Source of the DNA: the human T2T-CHM13v2.0 reference genome, Homo sapiens
Direction: 5' to 3' (one strand)
Assembly (NCBI RefSeq): GCF_009914755.1
Contig: NC_060939.1
Length of the DNA: 64,000 nucleotides
Positions 54,994 to 64,000 of the stretch are shown one piece after another. The notes under the pieces were generated by a model, which saw only the letters and a program-made list of their open reading frames with translations, had not been told where the DNA came from and searched no databases. The position numbers and the translations under genes were made by a program. Position 1 is the stretch's first letter. Each line of letters begins with the position of its first letter.

Positions 54994-57900
54994 GACCATA
55001 ATTTGTCACCTTGACACCAATGCATATCTCTTAAAATTATACTGAATCTTTAAATAAAGGCAACAACAAAGTCATATTTCCATCTAACATGACAAAACTA
55101 TGTTGTGTACAGCTGGAAATGCACTAACCCCTTCCTCAGCAGAAGATGCAAAGTCCTTGGGTGATGTGCACTCTCCTCCTTGATATCCTACAACTTAAAT
55201 ACTGAGATATAAGGTTAACTGTTATTAAAACATCGTATGTTAGATGGCAATGAGATAAAAGGGGAAAGAAAAAATATTTGGTATACCCAAACATATACAA
55301 ATATATTCATAACAAAATAAGCAAAAAAACACTCACAATGATTACAGTCCTCATTTCTGCAACTGGTCACATGATTGTAGTTGGTATTTATAGCTACCTT
55401 CTTCCACTACCCGTTCTAGATTTCCTTTGCCCTCAGCAATCACCTCTGGGCTATGGTTCTTTTCCTAGTGGACTTATTGTAACCTTCATTCCTGAAGAGT
55501 TTGGGTAATTAGAATTTCTGCCTGAATTGAAGTGATATAACTTTTCATTAGTTTTAGTCACAGTACATAGTAATACTAAGAGATACCCTAAGGAATATCC
55601 TATATTCCATACAGACCCTTCTTTACCTCCATTGCACAGTAGCAGCTCAATTTCTCTTGGTAATTGGGATCAATCATTCTAGCCAGTACAGTAACTCCCC
55701 TTGAAGCCTGTTGATTCAGAGGCATGAGGAGCCCAAAGTGGCTAGGTGACAGTCATAAATTCCAATTCAGTGAAATCACTGTTGTGTCTCCTGATAAGAA
55801 TAATTCTCCCTGTGGAACGAAGGCCTCTAGGCCAGCAGGATATAAGGCCGCATGAACAGAAAACAAACATTCTGCTAGTGGATCAGCTGGGGTAACAGTG
55901 AGTGATGTCATTCCCATTTCTACCTCTTAGTTCCTGGACCCATAAACCCTGGCTCTGAGAGAAGCAGCATCCTATATATTGGATGATGATGTAAAGTGTA
56001 TATAGTCTCCCGGAAGACATTGCCCCAGACCTGCAAATTATTGCTACCCAGATGGTAATGTAATTGTCAAAACGACATTCCAGAATTTTATCAAGCCAGC
56101 TGCTTCAGGCCGATGGGGGAATATGGCAAAGCCAGTGAATTCAGTGGCATTGGGCTTATTGCTGCACAGTATTTAAATCAAGGATGCTGTGTGGAATACC
56201 ATGACAATGGATAAGGGATCTTATAGGTCTGCACGTGGTAGTTATGGCAAGAGCATTGCTTGTAGGGAAATCGAATTCATATCCAGAGTAACTGTTTATC
56301 AGAGGGGAACAAAGTATTACTGTTTACAATGTAATCAACCTGCCACTAGGTAGTTGGATGACTAAAGGAATGAAGCCATATCAGGAATGCAGTATTGGTC
56401 TCTGCTGCCAGCAGATTGGGCTCTCAGCACTAACTGTAGCTAGGTTGAACAAGTGGGAATTATAGCCCCAGTTCTTTGCCTGGTAGAGTTATTGAAACTC
56501 GATGGAGCCCATTTTGCTAGACTCATGCGTAATTCCCATTCTTGCCATCATAGCCATTTTGTTCACAATTACAGGTGTGGCTATGAAAAGAGGCTTACTG
56601 GTATACACAAAGTGGTTCATTCTATTTATTTGACAGTTAAAATCTTCCTCCTGGGATAGGCTTAAAAATGTGAATATACAATCAGAATTGGGTAAGATAC
56701 AAAGAACATATCCTCTTCAGTAAGGGGATGTCAAAATCAACGGATATTTCCAGCTCACATTGATGCTGACGTCACCTTTTTGGCTAACATTCGCAAGGTA
56801 TCCAAATATCTTAATGATCTTTGACCCTTCAGAGACATCCATGCACCTCATCAACATTTTTCTATCATGTTCCTTTCAAGTTTCTGACCATCCAGCCAAA
56901 CAATTGTCCACAGTCCATGAATATAGAATCATACCTCTGACTATTTTTCCAGGCAAAATGAATAACCAGGCACACTTACCAAAGTTTTGCCTACCAGGAA
57001 GTTCACCTTCCCTACTGTCAGAGATGTCTCAGGAAGGGCTCTAGTGGTACAGTTGTCCACTTTGAGGTGGTGACTCCATATTGTGCGGAGCCATCTGTAA
57101 ACCAGGTCAAGATTTTTCTTCCTCAGTCAACTGCTCATAAAGGCTTTCACATGAAGCCAAGTGTGGTCTGGAAGAGAGAAGGTAATGTGTCCAGAGTTTG
57201 TTCCTTCCGGTGGGTTCATGGTCTTGCTGACTTCAGTAATGAAGCTGTGGACCTTTGTGGTGAGTGTTACAGCTCTCAAAGGTGGCATGAACCCATGAGC
57301 AGCAGCAAGATTTATTGTGAAGAGTGAAAGAACAAAGCTTCCACAGCACTGAAGGGGACCCGAGCAGGTTGCCGCTGCTGGCTGGGGTGGCTAGCTTTTA
57401 TTCTCTTATTTGTCCCTGCCCATGTCCTGCTGATTGGTCCATTTTACAGAGTGCTGATTGGTCCATTTTACAGAGCACTGACTGATCCATTTTACAAACC
57501 TCTAGCTAGCCACATTGAGCTGATTGGTGCGTTTTTACAGAGGGCTGATTGGTGCATTTTACAAACCTCCAGCTAGCCACACAGCACTGATTGGTACATT
57601 TTACAATCCTAGCTACAGAGTGTTTATTGGTACATTTTACAATCCTCTTGTAAGACAGAAAAGTTCTCCAAGTCACCGCCCGACCCAGAAGTCCAGCTAG
57701 CTTCACCTCTCAGTAATATAGTAGAAGTAGGTTCTACAAGCATTTGGGCCACTTTCCTGTGTAACTTACTTCTGCCTTTAGGGCCTGCTTGAATCTGATC
57801 TTGTATATACTACTTTCATTTCATAATAGAGTGCTGCTGTGCAAGCCCAATTTTATGACATGGAGGGTCAGACAACAGCCTGTTCATGATGAGCAGCTCA

Positions 57901-59180
57901 AATTTTATGATAACTCTGTGGCCTGTGGTTAAATGTGAAATCACTGCTAATGACCAGCCACAAACAAAAGCTATTCCTCAAAGGCAGAATAATTATCTGT
58001 GAGGATGGCAGGGTTTTCCTCCAGATTTAAGGATCTGCACTGTGATTCACCTATGTGGGCTGATCAAAGGTCCCAAACAGCATCCCTATCTGTCACTGAC
58101 ACTTTGGACCTGCTGGGTCATATGGCCCAAGTGTCAGAGCAGCACGCATAGCAGCCTGGACCTGTTGCAGAGCCTTCCCTTGTTCTGGGTCCCACACAAG
58201 ATTAGTAGCTTTGGGGATCACTTGGTAAATGGGCTGGAGTAGCACACCTGAATGAGAAAAATGTTGTCTCCAAACTCCCAAGAGGCCCATTAGCTATTGT
58301 GCTTCTATTCTGGTTGCAGGAAGGACCACTTGCAGCAATGTATCTTTTACCTTGGAAAGGATATTTTGACAGAGTCCAGGCAACTGGACCTCTAGAGATT
58401 CCAATGAGGTAAAAGGCCCCTGATTTTTTTATGTTTATTTCCTATCCTCTGACACATACTTCTTACCAATATCTTTAGAGTAGCTGCAACTTCTTTCTGA
58501 CATTGGCCGATCTGCATAATGTCATCAGTATAATGGATTAGTGTGATATTTTGTGGCAGGGAAAGGTGACCATGGCCCCTACAGACTAAATTATAAACCT
58601 GAAGACTGGCTACATCCTGGAATAAGACAGAAAGATCTATTGCTGGCCTTGCCAGCTGAAAGCAAACTGCTCCTATTGGAGTTTTGTAACAGATATTGAG
58701 AAAAAAAAAAGCATTTGCCAGATTAATACCTGAATGTCGGGTTTAATACCTTAATAGCTATATACTGGGAGACATACCAATTTTCTCAAGCAACAACACC
58801 ACATCTGAAATGGCAGCTATAATTGGAGTCACTACCTGGTTTAAGTTTACAATAATCCACGGTTATTCTCCAAAATCCGTCTGTTTCCTGCACAAGCCAA
58901 ATAGATGAGTTGAATGAGAATGTGGTAAGAATTACCTCCCTGTATTTTTAAGTCCTTAAAGGTGACACTAATCTCTGCAATCCCTCCAGAATAAGGTATT
59001 GATATTAGTTTACTATCTTTCTCGGTGGAGGCAGTTTTAGTGTCTTCCACTTGGTCATTCCTGGAATAATAGCTCTCACTCCACAGGTCAGGGAACCAAT
59101 GTGAGAATGTAACGATTCTGTCAGTGGAATATGCCTATTACAGTTATGCATCCTGGAACTGGGGAAATAACCATAGACAG
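54994..59180 (-). mobile_element. ERVL (HERV-L/ERVL-E-like) internal region with decayed pol
   Basis: Minus-strand remnants GGIAEISVTFKDLK, ITLIHYTDDIMQIG (YIDD-type motif, ~58505-58547), GLLGVWRQH...KALQQVQAAMRAALTLGPYDPA; many stops and frameshifts. Confidence 0.9.
57186..57712 (-). mobile_element. Complete solo LTR12 (LTR12F-like, ERV9) inserted in ERVL
   Basis: TG...CA ends; 4-bp TSD gtaa (57182-85 / 57713-16); tandem ctgattgg...ttttaca units. Confidence 0.94.
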
Positions 59181-59377
59181 GTTTAGAGGCTGAAATTCAA
59201 AGTCTGTAGGGCCAGCCATCAAGAAAAGCAGGCTGGAAACTTCCAAATCAGGGCTGATGCTGCCGTCTACAGGTGGAATTTATTCTTTTTAAGCAAACCT
59301 CAGTTCTGCTCTTAAATCCTTTTAAATGAATGGATCAGGCTCACTCACATTATCAAGGATAATATCCTTTAAAGTCA
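59180..59377 (-). mobile_element. MLT2 fragment (residual 5' LTR of ERVL)
   Basis: gcaggctggaaact...aaacctcagttctgctcttaa...ggatcaggctcactcacattatcaaggataat. Confidence 0.75.
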
Positions 59378-60592
59378 TATACTAAGATAGATCATATCCT
59401 GGACAAAAAACAAATCTCAAGAATTGCCATTACACAGATTGTGTTCTTCAACCACACACGATGAAATATAATTTAATAATAGAAAAATAATAGGAAATTC
59501 TCCAAATACATTGAGACTAAACAAACATACCTCTAAATATTCCATGAGTCAAAGGAGATTTCTTAAGGGAAGTGAAAAATGCATTAAGTTTTATTAAAAT
59601 AAAAACACAACATATTACAATTTGGCAGGTACAGGTAAAGCAGTGCTGAGAGGAAAATTTATAGCACTAAATTTATAAGTTAAGAAAGAAAAAAGTCTTA
59701 ATCACTAACCTGACCTCCCATCTTAAGAACTTAGTAAAAGAAGAAAAAATAAACCCAAAACAAACAGAAAAAAATAGTAAAGATGAGAGCAGAAATAAAC
59801 AGAATTTAAAACAATAGAAAATATCAATAAATCAAAAATATGTTCCTCTAAAGCATGGATAAAATTGACAAAACTCTAGCAAGACTGACAGAAAAAAAAC
59901 AGGAAAAAAGACACAAGTTATCAATATCAGGAATGAAGCAAGGGCTATCAATACAGATCCCACAGACATCAAAAGGACAATACAGGAATACCACAAACAA
60001 TTCTATGCATAATTTGACAATTTAGGTGAAATGAACCAATTATTCAAAAAGCAAAAAATACCACAGAATGTAATATGATGCAGATTATTTGAATAGTCAT
60101 ATAGCTATTAAGAAAATTAAACTCATAATTTAAAATCTCCCTTCCAAGAATGTTTTTAGGTCCACATGTGTTCGCTGGAGAAATCTAACAAACTTTAAAT
60201 GAATTAAAACGAATTCTGCAAAATCTCTTCCAAAAAATAAAAGAGGTGGGTACACTGTCCAGTTCATTTTATGAAGTTTGTATGACACTAATACCAAAAT
60301 CAGACAAAACAGTACAAAAGAAGAAAACTACAGACTTCATAAATATAGACAAAAATTCTTAAGAAAATATTGCAAATAGAACTTAGCAATATATCAAAAG
60401 AATTGTATACCATGACCAAGTGGAGTTTATTCTTGGGATGCAAGCCGGTATAATATTTGAAAATCAACAGATGTAATTAACCATGTTAACTCACTAAAGA
60501 AAAAAATCACATGACCATAGTAATTAATGCAGAAAAGGTATTTGACAACATTCAATACTCATTTATGATAAAACTCAGAAAAATAGGAAGAC

Positions 60593-60964
60593 CAGTACCA
60601 TGGTGCTTTGGTTACAGTAGCCCTGTTGTATAGTTTGAAGTCTGGTAGTGCGATGCCTCCAGCTTTGTTCTTTTTGCTTAGGACTGCCTTGGCTATTTCA
60701 GCTTTTTTTTCGTTGTTGTTCCATTTGAGTTTTAAAATAATTTTCTCTAGTTCTGTTAAGAACTTGGACACACAGATGGGAACAACACACTGGGGCCTTC
60801 TGGAGGGTGGATGGTAGGAGGAAGGAGAGGATCAGGAAAAATAACTAATGGGTACTAGGCTTAATACCTGGGTGGTGAAATAGCCTTTGCAACAAATCCC
60901 CAGGACACAAATTTACCTATGTAACAAACCTGCACATGTACCTCTAAACTTAAAAGTTAAAAAA
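60593..60964 (+). mobile_element. Short L1PA13-15-like insertion with 5' inversion (antisense 60593-60762, sense 60763-60964)
   Basis: Perfect 16-bp TSD agaaaaataggaagac (60577-92 / 60965-80); antisense ORF2 [16 protein letters not shown]; sense 3' UTR ggaaaaataactaatgggtactaggc. Confidence 0.92.
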
Positions 60965-61341
60965 AGAAAAATAGGAAGACATAAGACCTTCATCAACTCA
61001 ATAAAAAGGATCTACAATAAATCTATAGGCTACATAATACTTAATGATAAAGAACTGAATGCTTTCCCACTAATATCAGAAAGAAAGGGAAAATGTCTGC
61101 TCTTACCACTCTTATTCAATACATTGCTGGTAGTTCTGGTAGTACAATAAAGAAAGGAAACAGTGAAATGTATACAGCTTGCACACAACTGTCTACATAG
61201 AAAATCTCAAGTAATCTCCCACATAAAGTCCTAAAACTAATTAAGTTCAGTAAAGTTGAAAAATAAAAGAAAAAAACATAAAAAGCAATTTTATTTCTAC
61301 ATGTTAGCAATGAATACATGAACATCAAAATGAAAAAAATA

Positions 61342-61887
61342 CAGCGGACCCTTGAACAACACTGGTTTGAGCTACACGTGTCAACTTATATATGGATTTT
61401 CTTCTACCTCTGCTACCCCTTAGACAGCAAGACCAACTCTTCCCCTTCCTCCTCTTCCTCCTCAGCCTACTCAACATGATGGTAACAAGGATGAAGGCCT
61501 TTAGAATGATTCACTTCCATTTAATGAATATTAAATATAATTTCTCAATAACATTTAATTTTCTCTAGCTTACTTTATTGTAATAATACAGCATATTAAC
61601 AAGCTATATACATTTCACTTTGTTGTGTAGTTTTCAGCAGTTAAGTTCTATACACAGTTTAATATATTTATGCCAGAGTAATTGATATGTTTACAACTGT
61701 GAGTTTTAAAATTGTAAATAGTATTTACAGTTAGCCCTTAAACAATGCAGGAGTCAGAGGTGCTGACCCCCCACAAGGTCAAAAATGCATGTATAACTTT
61801 TGACTCCCCAAAACTTAACTACTGATAGACTGTTGTTGACCAGAGGCCTTACTGATAAACAGTCGATCAACATTTATTTTGTATGTT
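61342..61887 (+). mobile_element. Tigger2a-like element; 5' half 61342-~61610 (+), 3' half 61728-61887 inverted
   Basis: TA + cagcggacccttgaacaac; second TIR cagttagcccttaaacaa at 61728 in the same orientation as the first. Confidence 0.88.
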
Positions 61888-63539
61888 CTGTGTATAGAAC
61901 TTAACTGCTGAAAACAACACAACACCGATGAGAAAAATCAAAGATGAAAATGAATGGAGAGGCATACTATGTTCCCTCTTTTGAAAACTCATCATAGTAT
62001 AGATGTCAATTATTCACAAATTGATATACAAGTTTTATGAAATTTCTACCAAAATCTCAGAAAGATTTTTTATGGCTGTAGATAAAGACCATTAAGCAAT
62101 TTTAAGGTAAGTCAACAGAACTAGAATAGTTAAAACTGTTCTGAAAAAGGAGAAAAATTGGGAGAAATCAGTTTACATGATATCAAAACATTATACAGCT
62201 ATGGTAATCAAGACTGTGATGATAGGATGGACCTGGATAAATAGAACACAATAGACAACCCAGAAAGAGACCCACAAAAATAAGCCTGATTGATTCTGAC
62301 AAATGTACAAAAAAGAAATTCAATGAAAAAAAGGCAGCCATTCCAACAAATAGTGCCAGACGAATAGGACATACATAGGCCAAAAAGTAAGCTTCAACCA
62401 AAGACTTAAATCTTATACAAAAATTGAACTCAAAATGAATCATAAATTTTAATGTAAAATGAAAAACTATAAAAGTATTAGGAAAAAATAGGAGAAATTT
62501 TTGAATTCTAGGGCTAAGAGGTTGTACACATCATACCAAAAGTACAATCCATAACAGGAAAAATTAATAAATTGCACAACATCAAAATTAAAAACATTTT
62601 GCTCTGTGAAAAACCCTGTTGTGAATATGAAAAGATAATTTAAAGACTGGAAAACAATGTGTGCAAACCATATGTCTGATAAAGAACTAGTGTTTAGAAA
62701 ATATAAAGAACTGTCTAAATTCTACGGTAGAAAACAAAACAAAGCAAAACAAAACAAAATTACCCAATTTGACTAGAAAATGGGCAATAGAAACAAAGAG
62801 ATATTTCACTGAAGAGTAAATTCAGGTACAGATAAGCGCACAAAAGATGTTTAACACCACTTGCCATCAGGGAAATATAAATTAAAATCTCAGTGAAATA
62901 TCATTACAAATTTATCAGAATGACTAAAATAAAAAATAGTGACAGCATCAAAAGTTAGCAAGGATGTGTTGAAACTGGATCATTCCTACATTGCTGGTGG
63001 GAAAGTAAAATGGTAGAGCAACTCTGTAAAATTGTTTGGCAGTTGCTTATCAAGATGCAACTGCCATACAACCACAGTAATTTCACTTTTGGGTATTTAT
63101 ACCAGAGAAATGAAACATGTTTACTCTAACTGTACCTGTATGTATAGTGCAGCTTTATTTATAATAGCCCCAAACTGGAAATAGTTCAGATGTATTTAAA
63201 GGGTGAATGATAAAAAAATGTGGTACATTCATACCAGGGAATATCAGTCAGAAATAAAAAGAAATGAAGTATGGATAATAATAATCTGAATCCTCAGGCT
63301 AAGTGAAAAAAAGCCAGTACCAAACATTACACACTATATCATTCCATTTATATAACATTCTTGAAATGACAAAATTATACAAAAATATAGCAGAGTAGCT
63401 TTTATTTGAGGTTAAGGAGAGGGTGAGAGCAGGACGAAAAGGGGTATGGCTATAAAAGGGGAACCTTAGGGACCTTTGTGGTGATTAAATGTTCTGTACC
63501 TTTACTGTATCAGTGTCTGGTTGTGATATTATAATATAG

Positions 63540-63902
63540 TGTATTAGTCCATTCTCACACTGCTAATAAAGACATATCTGAGACTAGGTAATTTATAAAG
63601 GAAAGAGGTTTAATTGACTCACAGTTCTGCAGGGCTTGGGAGGCCTCAGGAAACTTACAATTAATGATGGAAGGGGAAGCAAACATGTTCCTCTTCACAT
63701 GGTGGCAGCAAGGAGAAGAGCAAAGCAAACGGAGGGAAGAGCCCCTTATGAAACCATCAGATCTTGTGAGAACTCACTCACTATCATAAGCACAGCAACA
63801 TGGGGGCAACTGCCCCCAGGATTCCATTACCTCCCGCCAGGTCCCTCCCATGACATTTGGGGATTATGGGAACTACAGTGGGGACACAACCAAACCATAT
63901 CA
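63540..63902 (-). mobile_element. THE1C/D-like solo LTR
   Basis: tgtattagtccattctcacactgctaataaagaca ... ccaaaccatatca; 5-bp TSD tatag (63535-39 / 63903-07). Confidence 0.94.
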
Positions 63903-64000
63903 TATAGTTTTGCAAGATGTTACCACTGGGGGAAACTGGTTAAAGGGCACACAGGATGTCTCTGTAATATCTTTTACAACTATATGTGAACCTATCATAA

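Larger units (their letters stand above)
59378..64000 (+). mobile_element. L1MC1/2-like ORF2 and 3' UTR, interrupted by L1PA, Tigger2a and THE1; runs off window
   Basis: aaagcagtgctgagaggaaaatttatagcact, aatgcagaaaaggtatttgac, 3' UTR ttttgcaagatgttaccactgggggaaactgg. Confidence 0.88.

Noticed and set aside
57425-57650. Spaced short repeats superficially like a CRISPR array
   Set aside because: Known LTR12 U3 CCAAT tandem units in eukaryotic DNA; no cas genes or unique spacers.
57720-59180. Retroviral reverse transcriptase as a functional gene or novel RT system
   Set aside because: Standard ERVL pol relic with stops and frameshifts; the catalytic motif reads YTDD.

Overview
Primate (most likely human/hominoid) nuclear DNA, judged from AluJ/AluS, young L1PA, THE1 and LTR12 (ERV9) elements. 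The window is AT-rich, dense in interspersed repeats, and looks intergenic or deep-intronic. I cannot support any protein-coding exon, structural RNA gene or CRISPR array. Most listed ORFs are read-throughs of Alu, L1, ERVL, LTR12 or microsatellites, and the rest are short and featureless. I found no new gene system. The real signal is rearrangement history. (1) Three independent 5'-inverted (twin-primed) L1 insertions of different ages; one carries a 40-bp fold-back palindrome apparently copied from the host L1 1.1 kb away. (2) A ~238-bp locally templated duplication. (3) Two small inversions (~1.25 kb and ~0.28 kb) that split older transposons and leave short inverted duplications at their breakpoints. 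(4) A decapitated CpG-rich LTR12C with a perfect 50-bp tandem duplication. (5) A ~13-kb nest of L1MC, L1MB, ERVL, LTR12, L1PA, Tigger2 and THE1. Subfamily names come from my memory of consensus sequences, and old-repeat boundaries are approximate (tens of bp).
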